A stretch of 63,240 nucleotides of DNA, filler included, from Licmophora abbreviata (taxonomy: Eukaryota): NCBI GenBank assembly GCA_900291995.1. It is 17 parts of 17 records of this genome, joined end to end, with 100 filler letters (N's around TTAATTAATTAA, not from the genome) between each part and the next. Parts side by side here need not be neighbours in the genome. Positions count along the whole stretch, not along the records: positions 10,327 to 12,635 come from OLMU01001095.1; positions 12,736 to 16,319 come from OLMU01001096.1; positions 16,420 to 23,521 come from OLMU01001097.1; 14 more parts are not named here. One strand, given 5' to 3'. Positions 10,347-20,763 of this stretch are shown one piece after another. Made by a program: the position numbers and the translations under genes. A model generated the notes under the pieces. The model had not been told where the DNA came from and did not search any database. It was given only the letters and a program-made list of their open reading frames with translations. Within the stretch, counting starts at the first letter, position 1, and each line of letters starts with the position of its first letter.

Positions 10347-10511
10347 ATGCAGTCGAATTCAGGAGACACCTCCGCCGAATGGGCCGGTCTGACCGCGTTC
10401 TGTGGCGTTCTGGCGATTGCAGCAGCTTCGACCGTCGGGGGCGAGATTCTGGCCATGGCGGAAATCCTCGGCACCGTTCTGGCCGATGCCGCGTCTCAAA
10501 GCGGCGGCTGA
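10347..10511 (+). CDS. Small Flp/Tad pilin-like protein (54 aa)
   Basis: GAGGT RBS then MQSNSG|DTSAEWAGLTAFCGVLAIAAASTVGGEIL...; G-x4-E-aromatic prepilin motif followed by a hydrophobic helix. Confidence 0.55.
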   Translation: MQSNSGDTSAEWAGLTAFCGVLAIAAASTVGGEILAMAEILGTVLADAASQSGG

Positions 10512-10537
10512 ACCGGGCGTTTTCGCGCTTACGGGTC

Positions 10538-11209
10538 TTAGGACCGGGCAAAACTCTGACCGGCGATCCAGCCCACCAACCACCCGCCCAGATGCGCCTC
10601 CCAGGCCAATCCACCGCTCAGAATCACGAAAAACACCACATTGGCGACGATCAGCGCCAGAATCGTGGTCAGGACCGGCTTGAGCGGCTGTCCCATCCGC
10701 TTGCGCACCCGGTAATCCCACGCTTGCCACAGGCCCAGAAGGCCAAAGACCGCGCCCGATGCGCCGATCATCGGCACGCCGCCCGTCGAGAGCAGGCCAA
10801 AGACCAAAGCGCCGCCCACGGCCGATAACGCCAGAACGGCGAGCGTGCGTTTCATGCCGATCCGAACCGTGGCCAGCTTGCCAAGCGCCAGAAGCACGAC
10901 GCTGTTCAACGCGAGATGCGCCAGACCGCCATGCAGGAAGGCGTAGCTGATAAACATCACCACGGTTTGTCCGGGGTAAATCGGCGCGACCTGCCCCGAG
11001 AGCAGCGGCTGCCAGAACGCACCAAGCGCAAAGGCCGACCAGCGCAACCCCTCGGGCAGCAGGTACCCGGCATCCGACAGCCCGAGAAGCGCCTCGATCA
11101 CCGCCATCACGCCGACAAGCCCCCAGAGATAACCGGGGGCACCGGGGGCCATTCCGGGGGCGCGTCGCTGCGGGTGTTCTGTAAAGGGTGTGTTCATCGG
11201 CCCTGTCAT
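10538..11209 (-). CDS. Rhomboid family intramembrane serine protease
   Basis: FLHGGLAHLALN, GASG catalytic Ser, AWEAHLGG catalytic His. Confidence 0.92.
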   Translation of the reverse strand: MTGPMNTPFTEHPQRRAPGMAPGAPGYLWGLVGVMAVIEALLGLSDAGYLLPEGLRWSAFALGAFWQPLLSGQVAPIYPGQTVVMFISYAFLHGGLAHLALNSVVLLALGKLATVRIGMKRTLAVLALSAVGGALVFGLLSTGGVPMIGASGAVFGLLGLWQAWDYRVRKRMGQPLKPVLTTILALIVANVVFFVILSGGLAWEAHLGGWLVGWIAGQSFARS

Positions 11210-11249
11210 AGTGCCTTTGTCCGCCCGGTGAAACGGGTTTTGCGCCGGA

Positions 11250-12095
11250 TCAGACGCAGGCCGCCATCAGGCGATAGACGATTTGTGCCGCGGTGAAATC
11301 CCAGGCCGCGTTTCCGTCGGGTGCCAGTTCGACCACGTCGAAGCCCACGCATGTCCGGCCCTGCAGCGCGCTTTCGACCAGATGGAGCGATTGGTAATAG
11401 TCCAGTCCACCGGGAACGGGCGTGCCGGTCGCGGGCATCTGCGACGGGTCCAGCCCATCAACATCGAACGACACATAGACAAGGTCCGGGAAGTCATCCG
11501 GCAGGGTGATCCGGTGGATACGCTCGGTCACCAGCTCTTCGGCATCGCGGAAAAACACGCCGTTCCGGGCCCGGCTTTCTTCTTCCTGACGGCAAAGCGC
11601 GCGCACGCCGAATTGCGCCAGCCGCACGCCGTTTTCGGACAGCAGATGCATGACCGACGCGTGCGAATGCGGCTCACCCTCATAAGCCACGCGCAGATCG
11701 GCATGGGCATCGATCTGTACGATCCCAACCGGACGATCCAGCGCGCGCATCACGCCGGTCACCGCACCATACGTCAACGAATGTTCACCACCAAGGGTCA
11801 CCGGGATCTGTCCTGCGCGCACCGCCGCTTCGGTGCGCTGCGCCAGCCGTTCCATCACTTCGGGCAATGGTGCTTGGCACTCCAGCGGGGCTTCGGTCAC
11901 GATACCGGCGGCACAAGGTTCCTGCCCGGCGCAGATCCGCTCCAGCTCGTTCGAGGCGGCGATGATCGCTTCGGGACCGCCTGCCGTGCCAGAACCATAC
12001 GACACCGTACGCTCAAGCGGCACGGGGATCACGCGAAAGCGCGCATCGTCGCCGCGTTCCGCTTCGGTCAGTTCGCTGTCCAGAAAAACGTTCAT
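11250..12095 (-). CDS. speB: Agmatinase / ureohydrolase
   Basis: GGEHS, DAHADL, SFDVDGLDP..MPATGTP Mn-binding motifs; start MNVFLD overlaps the nspC stop. Confidence 0.88.
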   Translation of the reverse strand: MNVFLDSELTEAERGDDARFRVIPVPLERTVSYGSGTAGGPEAIIAASNELERICAGQEPCAAGIVTEAPLECQAPLPEVMERLAQRTEAAVRAGQIPVTLGGEHSLTYGAVTGVMRALDRPVGIVQIDAHADLRVAYEGEPHSHASVMHLLSENGVRLAQFGVRALCRQEEESRARNGVFFRDAEELVTERIHRITLPDDFPDLVYVSFDVDGLDPSQMPATGTPVPGGLDYYQSLHLVESALQGRTCVGFDVVELAPDGNAAWDFTAAQIVYRLMAACV

Positions 12096-13364
12096 GACAG
12101 GCGCTCCTTGAAGTCCTGATATCCGAATTCCCGCACGATGCGCAGATCGTCGGTCCGGCTGTTCCACAGGGCGATGGCGGGCAGGGGCACACCGTTGAAG
12201 GTGTTGGTCTTGACCATCGAGTAATGCGCCTGATCGAGAAACGCGAAACGCTGCCCGATCTCGAGCGGCGCGGCCCATGTGTAATCGCCGATGATATCCC
12301 CCGCGAGGCAAGACGGCCCGCCCAGCCTGTAGGTGTGTCCGGCATCCGCCTCGTCCAGAAGGGCGGGACGGTACGGGGCTTCGATGACGTCCGGCATATG
12401 GCAAGTCGCGGAAATATCGGTGATCGCGATGGGCATGGTGTTGTGGAACGTATCAAGGATTTCACCCACAAGGATGCCTGCATCCAGCGCCACCGCCTCG
12501 CCCGGTTCCAGGTAAACCTCGACGCCATGACGCGCGCGCAGATCGCGAATGAACGCGATCAGAGCCTCGCGGTCGTAATCGTCGCGGGTGATGTGATGCC
12601 CGCCGCCAAGGTTGATCCATTTCAACTGACCCAGANNNNNNNNNNNNNNNNNNNNNNNNNNNNNNNNNNNNNNNNNNNNTTAATTAATTAANNNNNNNNN
12701 NNNNNNNNNNNNNNNNNNNNNNNNNNNNNNNNNNNAGATAGGGCGCGATCAGCGGCTCGACCGCGGCCCATGTGCGCGCCAGAGGCTCGAACCCCTGTTC
12801 GCACAGGGTATGCATATGCAGCCCCTCGACACCCTCAAGGGCTGCAGCATCGAGTTGCGTCACCGGAAAGCCAAGCCGCGAACAGGGCTGGCAAGGATCG
12901 TATTTCGGCACCTCGCCTTCGGAATGCTGGGGGTTGATCCGCAGACCTACCGACACGCCCGCCGCCGCGGCGCGCGGCCCGAACCGGTCTTTCTGGGCGG
13001 GGCTGTTGAAGACCAGATGATCGCTCAGCCCGATGATCTCGTCGATCTCCGAGGGCTTGTAGCCGGTGGAAAAGGTCGTGACCTCGCCGCCATATTCCTC
13101 GCGCCCCAGCCGTGCCTCAAAAAGCCCGCTGGCACAGGTGCCCGACAGATAGGTGCGCACCAGCGGCGCCAGCGAGAACATGGAAAACGCCTTGAGCGCA
13201 CTCAGCATCCGTGCGCCCGACCGCTCGCCCACATCGGCAAGCGCCTTGAGATTGGCCTCGATCGCGACCTCGTCGACCACGAAACAGGGCGACGGCACCC
13301 GCATCAGATCGAACTGGCGGAACGCGCCAGCGTCGCCCGCCTGTGTCTGCATCATCTGCGTCAT
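12092..13364 (-). CDS. nspC: Carboxy(nor)spermidine decarboxylase; split by gap 12636-12735
   Basis: ALKAFS PLP lysine, GLRINP, YDPC...SRLG, GLHMHTLCEQ, NLGGGHHIT, EPGE, CHMPD, CLAGD, HYSMVKTNTFNG. Confidence 0.92.
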
Positions 13365-13390
13365 GCCGTCTGCCCCTTTTGACTGCCTGC

Positions 13391-14602
13391 TCAGAACGAG
13401 ACCGGACCATCCAGCTCGTGCACCTGCCATGGCAGGCCATGGGCGTTCAGCATGTCCATGAAGTCATCCGGGTCCAGCTGCTCCATGTTCCAGACGCCGG
13501 GTTCGTTCCAATTGCCCTTGAGCACCTGCGCCGCGCCGATCATGGCTGGCACACCGGTGGTATAGGACACCGCCTGACTGCCCACCTCGGCAAAGCATTC
13601 CTCGTGGTCGCAGATATTGTAGATGTAATATGTCTTCTCGCCCGAGCCGTCCTTGGCCTGCCCGGTCGCGATATCGCCGATGCAGGCCTTGCCCTTGGTC
13701 TGCTCGCCCAGATCGCCGGGATCGGGCAACAGCGTCTTGAGGAACTGGATCGGGATGATCTCGACCCCGTTATGCATCACCGGGTCGATCCGGGTCATGC
13801 CGACATTCTGCAGCACCTTGGCATGGGTGATATAGGCATCCCCGAAGGTCATCCAGAAGCGCGCGCGCTCGATCTCGGGGAAATGGGTGCTCAGGCTTTC
13901 CAGCTCCTCGTGATACATCAGGTACATGTTCTTCGGCCCGATGCCGGGGAAATCGAACTCGACCTTGTGGGACATGGCGGGCGTCACCTTCCAGTCGCCG
14001 CCTTCCCAATGCTTGGCGTCCTGCAGCACCTCGCGCAGGTTGATCTCGGGGTTGAAGTTGGTCGCGAAGGCCTGATCGTTGGTGCCGCCATTGGCATCCA
14101 GAACGTCGATCTGGCGGATCGTGTCCAGCTTGTGTGTCTTCAGCCATTTCGCAAAGACGCTGGTCACGCCCGGATCAAAGCCCGAGCCGAGGATCGCCAC
14201 AAGCCCCGCCTCGCGGAACTTGTCGTGATAGGCCCATTGCCAGTGATATTCGAACTTGGCCACATCCTCGGGCTCGTAATTGGCGGTGTCGAGATAATGC
14301 ACCCCGGCTTCAAGACAGGCATCCATCAGCTTGAGGTCCTGATAAGGCAGCGCCAGGTTCACAAGGATCTCGGCCCCTGTCTTGCGGATCAGATCGACCG
14401 TCGCCGCCACGTCCATCGCATCGAGCGCATAGGTGTCGATATCCACGCCCACGCGCTCTTTCACCGATGCGGCGATCGCGTCGCATTTGGATTTGGTGCG
14501 GCTGGCCAGGCTGATATGCGTGAAGATGTCCGAGTTCATCGCCATCTTGTGGACGGCGGCATGGCTGACGCCTCCGGCGCCGATAACGAGTGTCTTGCCC
14601 AT
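13391..14602 (-). CDS. Carboxy(nor)spermidine dehydrogenase (saccharopine dehydrogenase family)
   Basis: IGAGGV, NLALPYQDL, YLDTANYE, GSGFDPG, FATNFNPEINLRE, YHEELESL, QAVSYTTGVP. Confidence 0.92.
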   Translation of the reverse strand: MGKTLVIGAGGVSHAAVHKMAMNSDIFTHISLASRTKSKCDAIAASVKERVGVDIDTYALDAMDVAATVDLIRKTGAEILVNLALPYQDLKLMDACLEAGVHYLDTANYEPEDVAKFEYHWQWAYHDKFREAGLVAILGSGFDPGVTSVFAKWLKTHKLDTIRQIDVLDANGGTNDQAFATNFNPEINLREVLQDAKHWEGGDWKVTPAMSHKVEFDFPGIGPKNMYLMYHEELESLSTHFPEIERARFWMTFGDAYITHAKVLQNVGMTRIDPVMHNGVEIIPIQFLKTLLPDPGDLGEQTKGKACIGDIATGQAKDGSGEKTYYIYNICDHEECFAEVGSQAVSYTTGVPAMIGAAQVLKGNWNEPGVWNMEQLDPDDFMDMLNAHGLPWQVHELDGPVSF

Positions 14603-14630
14603 GACTTCTGTCTCCCCAGTCTGTTGAGCG

Positions 14631-16611
14631 CTATTCGTAATAGGTATAGCCGTTGATGCTGTCGCGATAGGCCTGCATCAAGGGGCGGCGTTCCTCGACG
14701 CTGATCGTTCCGGCCGAGATCGCGCCATCCACCAGCTTGCGGAAGGCCGCGACACAGTCGCTCGGATCGTATTCCACATAGGACAGAACCTCGGCGATGG
14801 TGTCACCTTCCTGCTCATGCAGAAGATCGAATCCGCCATCGGTCCGCAGGTCGATCGTCACCACATTGGTATCGCCGAACAGGTTGTGCAGATCGCCAAG
14901 CGTCTCCTGATAGGCGCCGACAAAGAACACCCCCATGTGATAGGGACGGTCCTCGGGCAGATCATGCACCGGCAAGGAGGGCGACGTGCCTTCGCTCAGG
15001 ATGAACTTGTCGATCTTGCCATCGCTGTCACAGGTGATGTCCGACAACACCGCGCGCCGCGTCGGCGCCTGATCGAGCATCTGCAACGGCATCAGCGGAT
15101 GCAGCTGATCGATGGCCCAGACATCCGGCAGGGACTGGAACAGCGAGAAATTGCAGTGATAGATATCGGCGAGCTTGTGCAGCTCGTCCTCGATATCGGC
15201 GCCGCGTTCATCGGCGGCGGCCAGCGCCTTGATCCGCGCCATCAGATGCCGATAGATCTTTTCGGTGCGGGCCATCTGCCGGATGCCGATCTGGCCCCGG
15301 CGGAACAGCGCGCGCATCTCGTTGCGATAGAAGCTTGCGTCATTGAGACATTCACGCAGCCGGTCGCCCGACAGGTAGCCGCCCACCGCGATCAGATCGC
15401 TGACAAGGTGGTGATCGCCCGGCTCGGCATCGGGGGCTTCGCTGGCGTCGAACAGCGTCGCCTCGAGCACGTTGAAAATCAGCATGGACGAACTGGCCGC
15501 CACGGCCCGGCCGCTTTCGGTCACCAGCGTGGGATGCTCGATCCCCGCCTCGTCCATCGCGTAGCCCACCGTCTCGACGATATTGGCGCAATATTCCTCG
15601 ATGCTGTAATTGATCGAATTGGCCGACGCCTTCTTTTCGCCGGTGTAATCAAACCCCAGACCGCCGCCCAGATCCAGATGGGTCAGGGGCGCCCCCTCGG
15701 CCTTCATCTCGCTGAAATAGCGGCAGGCCTCGCCCACCGAGCGGCGCACGTCGTTCACGTCCGGCACCTGACTGCCCAGATGCGAATGTTGCAGCATCAG
15801 GCAATGCAGAAGCCCCGCATCGCGCAGCTTGTCGATCACCTCGACCAGTTGCGCGGTGTTCATCCCGAAGGTCGAGCGATCCCCGGAACTTGCCGCCCAG
15901 TTGCCGCCGATCTGGTTGGTCAATTTCACGCGAACGCCCAGCATCGGCTCGGTGCCAAGCGCGCGGCTGGTCTCGATCACGGTGTCCACTTCCATCACGC
16001 TTTCCAGCACGATCACCGTGTTGAAGCCCAGCTTGCAGGACTGGATCGCCAGACCGACGAATTCGGCATCCTTGACCCCGTTGCACACGATCAGCGCATC
16101 GCGGGCCAGCTTGTGGGCCAGCGCGATCACCAGCTCGGGTTTCGATCCCGCCTCGAGCCCGAAATCATGCGAGCGGCCAAAATCCACGATCCGGTCCACA
16201 ACCTGCGCCTGCTGATTGACCTTGATCGGAAAGACACCACGATAGGTGCCGCGATAGCCCGCGCGCTCGATCGCGTCGCGAAAGCCATGATTGATCTGCT
16301 GGATAGCATGTTCCAGATANNNNNNNNNNNNNNNNNNNNNNNNNNNNNNNNNNNNNNNNNNNNTTAATTAATTAANNNNNNNNNNNNNNNNNNNNNNNNN
16401 NNNNNNNNNNNNNNNNNNNCACCCTCAGCACCATGGGCGTCTGGATGCCGCGCTTTTCCAGATCGTGGATGATGCCGGGCAGGCTGACGGCGGGCGCATC
16501 GGGCGCCATGGGGTTTTTCAGCGCGACCTCGCCGTTCTCGAGAACCTCGAAAAACCCGTGTCCCCAACGGTTCAGACCGTAAAGCTCTCCGTGAGTGGCG
16601 CTCGTCGTCAT
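14631..16611 (-). CDS. speA: Biosynthetic arginine decarboxylase; split by gap 16320-16419
   Basis: GVFPIKVNQQ, GLEAGSKPEL, HSHLGSQ, DLGGGLG, TESGR, NFSLFQSLPDVWAIDQL, DITCDSDG, GAYQETLGDLHNLFG. Confidence 0.93.
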
Positions 16612-16861
16612 GGCTTCGCTCCCGCGGCGTTGATATGAACCCTCGCCCCCGCAAAGGCGTCTGCATATGGCTACACGATTCGGCACGAGGGTGCCCCCAA
16701 CCGGCGCGTAGCGATGCGCCAAGCATTAGTCCAGATACCAACGTGATGAAAGAGTTGGGGTCAAGGATTGTGCATGATCCACCCATGCCCGCGGCGGAAC
16801 GTCGCCCGTCTCGGGACACCCGGATTGCGCGTGCGATATTTGCCCCAAAGCCTGCTTCGGT

Positions 16862-17089
16862 TCAGAGAAAGCCGGTGCCGCTGCAGGCCGAACAGCGCAT
16901 GGATTTGCAGCCAAAACAGCCCTGACAGGACGCCATCTTGACCTGTCCGTGAATATCCCTGCCGGCGGCTATCTGCCCCCGGCCCATGCAGATCTGGCAA
17001 GGCGCGCGCCCGCTGCCGCGACATCGGTGGCAGCGCCTTGGAATATGCGGCATCTGGGAGGCGTTGGTTGGCCCTTGATTGAATGTCAT
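16862..17089 (-). CDS. Stand-alone DnaJ-type zinc-finger small protein (~75 aa)
   Basis: Four CxxCxG motifs: CHRCRGSG, CQICMGRG, CQGCFGCK, CSACSGTG. Confidence 0.7.
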   Translation of the reverse strand: MTFNQGPTNASQMPHIPRRCHRCRGSGRAPCQICMGRGQIAAGRDIHGQVKMASCQGCFGCKSMRCSACSGTGFL

Positions 17090-17290
17090 GGCAAAAGTCA
17101 CTCTTGATAAAAGCCCGACCTTAGCCGGGCTAGCGGGTATTTCCGTGACCTCAATCTGGCACGATCATGGCGGTGGGGGCGCGCGCACGGCATCGGCACG
17201 TAGCGGGACCACGCCGGGTCGCGTTTCCCTCAGGCCGCGTCTTGTGATTAGTCTTGTCCGAACGCCTGTTCCGGATTATGTCAGATGCAA

Positions 17291-17410
17291 ATCCATAGGG
17301 GAGCCTCGCCACAGAGGCTGAGAAACCGATAGGTCTCTGGACGATGAACCAGTGCCGGTGCGGTGACCCTTTTAACCTGATCCGGATCATGCCGGCGGAG
17401 GAAATGGGAT
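17291..17410 (+). ncRNA. TPP riboswitch (THI element)
   Basis: GGGGAGC...GCTGAGA...GACCCT..AACCTGATCCGGATCATGCCGGCGGAGGAA matches the TPP consensus; SD-sequestering hairpin GTTTCC-GAGA-GGAAAC downstream at 17448-17463. Confidence 0.93.
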
Positions 17411-17468
17411 ATGCTTGAGGTGGCACTCGCATTTGACGCCGGCACCGGTTTCCGAGAGGAAACAGCCC

Positions 17469-18551
17469 ATGACGCGTGATGATATCGTCGATGATCTGCT
17501 CAACTTCATCGCGGCTGATGATCCCTCCGAGGATGCGTTCAACGCGCTGGCTTTGAAAGTCCATGGTTTCCAGTTTCAGCACAACGCGCCTTACGCGAAA
17601 TTCGCGCGCTCGCGGGGCAAGACGCCGCGCACCGTCAAGCACTGGTCCGACATTCCGCCGGTGCCGATAAACGCGTTCAAGACGCTCGATCTGACATGCT
17701 GCCTGCCGGAAGACGCCGTGGCCGTGTTCATGACCAGCGGCACCACCCAAGCCGGGCGGCGCGGCAAAAGCTATCACGCGGGCCTCGAAGTCTATGACGC
17801 CTCGATGCGCCGCAACTTTGCACAGCGTTTCATGCGCGGCGACACGGGCATAAAGATGGGCATCCTGTTTCCGACGACCCGGATGATGCCAAACTCGTCG
17901 CTTGCGCATTATCTTGACCTTGCCATCACCGGCTTTGGCACGCCGGACAGTGAATGGCTGATCGGAGCGGACGGGATCGATCATGCCCGGCTGATCCATG
18001 CCCTCGAAGAGGCCGAGGCGACGGGACAAAGCTATGCGCTGCTTGGGGCAAGCTTCAGCCTTGTGCACGCCATGGATGCGGTGCAGGCCGAGGGGCGCCG
18101 GTTCCATCTGCCGCCGGGCAGCCGCATTCTCGATACCGGAGGGTTCAAGGGCCAGTCCCGCGAGCTGGAGCTTGATGCCTTTTACGACGCGCTCAGTGAA
18201 ACCTTCGGTGTGGCCCGCGACGACTGCATCGGTATGTACGGGATGACCGAGCTTTCGTCGCAATTCTATGATGACGGGAACGCGATATGCCCCTCGGTCA
18301 AATCCGGGCCACATTGGGTGCGCAGCCGTGTGGTCAATCCGTTGACGGGCATGGCGGTGCCCAAGGGCGAAACTGGGGTTCTGGCCCATACCGACCTTGC
18401 CCATTACAACATCGTCACCACGATCCTGACCGAAGATGCCGCCATCGAGACCGAGGATGGATTTCAGCTTCTTGGGCGCGTTTCCGGCGCCGAGGCGGTC
18501 GGCTGTTCGATGGCGGTTGACGCCTTTCTCAAGGCGGCGGAGGCGGGCTGA
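17469..18551 (+). CDS. LuxE-like acyl-protein synthetase (adenylate-forming)
   Basis: FMTSGTT P-loop, GGFKG, YGMTELSSQ, C-terminal GR...EAVGCS carrying the Cys expected to be acylated. Confidence 0.85.
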   Translation: MTRDDIVDDLLNFIAADDPSEDAFNALALKVHGFQFQHNAPYAKFARSRGKTPRTVKHWSDIPPVPINAFKTLDLTCCLPEDAVAVFMTSGTTQAGRRGKSYHAGLEVYDASMRRNFAQRFMRGDTGIKMGILFPTTRMMPNSSLAHYLDLAITGFGTPDSEWLIGADGIDHARLIHALEEAEATGQSYALLGASFSLVHAMDAVQAEGRRFHLPPGSRILDTGGFKGQSRELELDAFYDALSETFGVARDDCIGMYGMTELSSQFYDDGNAICPSVKSGPHWVRSRVVNPLTGMAVPKGETGVLAHTDLAHYNIVTTILTEDAAIETEDGFQLLGRVSGAEAVGCSMAVDAFLKAAEAG

Positions 18552-18557
18552 TCTGCG

Positions 18558-20000
18558 ATGGTGGAGCGCGCGTGTTATCTTCCCGGCCTTGATCCTGAGG
18601 CCCTGCATTGGAAAACCCTGACATTCGGGCAGGGTGGCGGGCCGGTGTATGAGGTAGCGGTTCCCGTGCTCGAACCGCAGGACATGACCCGTCTTGCCGC
18701 CCATGTGCGCCATCATGCGGCCCAGCATTTGCGTCCAATGCCCGTGTCGCGCATCGTCGAGGTGATCGACAGGGTGATCGCCCGGCTGCTTGACCGGCAA
18801 GACCCGTATCGCCAACGCATGGAACGGGCGCTGCCGGTCGTGACCGGATATGACGCCGAGATGGTGCGCGTGGGATTGACCCGCTATCTCAAGACGTTTC
18901 GCAAACCCGAGCTTCTGCGCTTTCTGGCAGAGGATTTTCCCAATCCCGCGATCCTTGATGAGTTTCAACCCTTGCCAAAGGGTGGCTATGGGCGGGCCAT
19001 CGGCCCCGGTGTGCTGGGGCATATCTGGGCCGGGAATGTCCCCGCCTTGCCGCTCTGGAGCCTTGTCTGCGGTCTTCTGGTGAAATCGGGCACGATCGGC
19101 AAAGTCTCGAGTGCCGAGCCGCTCTTCGCCACATGGTTTGCCGAAGTTCTGGCCGAGGTCGCGCCCGAGCTTTCCGATTGTCTTGCGGTCGTGTGGTGGC
19201 AGGGCGGCGAGGACGCACCGGAACGCGCCCTGTTGCAGTCAGCCGATATGGCCCTTGCTTATGGCAGTGCCAACGCTTTGGCCGATATCCAAAGCCGTAT
19301 GCCAAGCGGAAAACGTTTGCTGCAGTTCGGCCACAAGGTCAGTTTCGCAATGATTGCAGCCGAGGCGCTCGATCCGGCCAAGGCCGCCGACACCGCCCGC
19401 CGTGCCGCCGAGGACATTGCCCGCTACGACCAGCAAGGATGTTTTGCCCCGCATGTGGTGTTCGTTGAAAAGGGTGGCCACGTCTCGCCGCGCGTCTTTG
19501 CGCGCTATCTGGCGGGGGCCTTGTCCGCGTTCGGGCAACGCTACCCGCGTCGCGCCCTGAGCATGGCCGAGGCCAACAGCCTTGCCGCATGGCGCCAACA
19601 AGAGGAATTCGCCCATGGCGCCGAGCTGATCGGCGATGCGCTGGGCGACTGGAGCGTGTCCTTTCATGAGGGCGGTCAGGGGTTTGGCCCCTCTTGCCTC
19701 AACCGCGCGATACGGGTGGTGGCTGTCGATGGGCTGATCGATGTGCCCGGTCAGGTCGCCCCTTACCGGGCCGTGCTCCAGACTGTGGGCATCGCCGCAC
19801 CGCCCGATGCCCTGTTCAAGCTGGCGGGCCTGCTGGGTGAGGCCGGTGTCACGCGGATCGCGGCCCTTGGGGACATGACCACACCCGAAGCGGGCTGGCA
19901 TCACGATGGCCGGTTCAACCTGTCCGATCTCGTGCAGATCACCGAGATGGACGCCCGCGCCCCACCTGCGGCGGACGGGCTGGCCTCTTACGATGACTGA
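18558..20000 (+). CDS. LuxC-like acyl-CoA/acyl-protein reductase
   Basis: HIWAGNVP, K.SS.EP, GHKVSF, YDQQGCFAPH catalytic Cys, GWHHDG. Confidence 0.87.
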   Translation: MVERACYLPGLDPEALHWKTLTFGQGGGPVYEVAVPVLEPQDMTRLAAHVRHHAAQHLRPMPVSRIVEVIDRVIARLLDRQDPYRQRMERALPVVTGYDAEMVRVGLTRYLKTFRKPELLRFLAEDFPNPAILDEFQPLPKGGYGRAIGPGVLGHIWAGNVPALPLWSLVCGLLVKSGTIGKVSSAEPLFATWFAEVLAEVAPELSDCLAVVWWQGGEDAPERALLQSADMALAYGSANALADIQSRMPSGKRLLQFGHKVSFAMIAAEALDPAKAADTARRAAEDIARYDQQGCFAPHVVFVEKGGHVSPRVFARYLAGALSAFGQRYPRRALSMAEANSLAAWRQQEEFAHGAELIGDALGDWSVSFHEGGQGFGPSCLNRAIRVVAVDGLIDVPGQVAPYRAVLQTVGIAAPPDALFKLAGLLGEAGVTRIAALGDMTTPEAGWHHDGRFNLSDLVQITEMDARAPPAADGLASYDD

Positions 20001-20763
20001 CCGCGCGCGCGCCCTGACCCTGCAGCAGGTCGATTTCGCCTATCCCGGCGAAGCCCCGATCCTGCAGGACGCCAGCCTCTCGCTGGCGCCGGGCGACTTC
20101 CATTGTCTCGTCGGGCGCAGCGGCTGTGGCAAGACCACCTTGTTGAAACTCGCGGCGGGTCTGCTGCGCCCCACCAAGGGATGCGTTCGTATCGGCGACA
20201 CGATCCTCAATGGCCCGTCTCGGCAGATCGGGTTCGTCTTCCAGACCCCAAGCCTGCTGGATTGGCGCAGCGTGCTCGACAACGTGCTTTTGCCCATTTC
20301 CCTGCACCGCAGCGTGACCGCGACCGACCGCGCGCGCGCCATGGACCTTCTCGCCCTGACGGGTATCGACGCCCATGCAAAGCGCTACCCGTGCCAGATG
20401 TCCGGGGGGCAGCAAAGCCGGGTCTCGCTGGCCCGTGCCCTCGTGACAGAGCCGCCATTTCTGCTGATGGACGAACCCTTTGCCGCCGTCGATGCGATCA
20501 CGCGCGAAGATTTGCAGAACGATCTGCTGCGCCTGACCCGCGCGCAGGGCACCACGGTTCTGTTCGTCACCCATGACATTGCCGAGGCCGTCTATCTGGC
20601 AAGCCATGTCTCGGTCATGCAATCGGGCCGCATCATACGAAGCCTTGCCATCGAAGTGCCGGAACATGCCTCCGGCGACAGCCGGTATCACCCGCAAGCC
20701 ATCCGGCAGTGCGAAGAGATCAAGGCGGCCCTCGCACCCGCCTTGGGGACCGTGACGCCATGA
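19993..20763 (+). CDS. ABC transporter ATP-binding protein (TauB/SsuB/ThiZ type)
   Basis: GRSGCGKT, MSGGQQSR, LLMDEPF; overlaps the upstream stop. Confidence 0.92.
   Translation: MTDRARALTLQQVDFAYPGEAPILQDASLSLAPGDFHCLVGRSGCGKTTLLKLAAGLLRPTKGCVRIGDTILNGPSRQIGFVFQTPSLLDWRSVLDNVLLPISLHRSVTATDRARAMDLLALTGIDAHAKRYPCQMSGGQQSRVSLARALVTEPPFLLMDEPFAAVDAITREDLQNDLLRLTRAQGTTVLFVTHDIAEAVYLASHVSVMQSGRIIRSLAIEVPEHASGDSRYHPQAIRQCEEIKAALAPALGTVTP

Noticed and set aside
17469..20000. Bioluminescence (lux) operon
   Set aside because: No luxA, luxB, luxD or luxG; the context is a TPP riboswitch and a transporter
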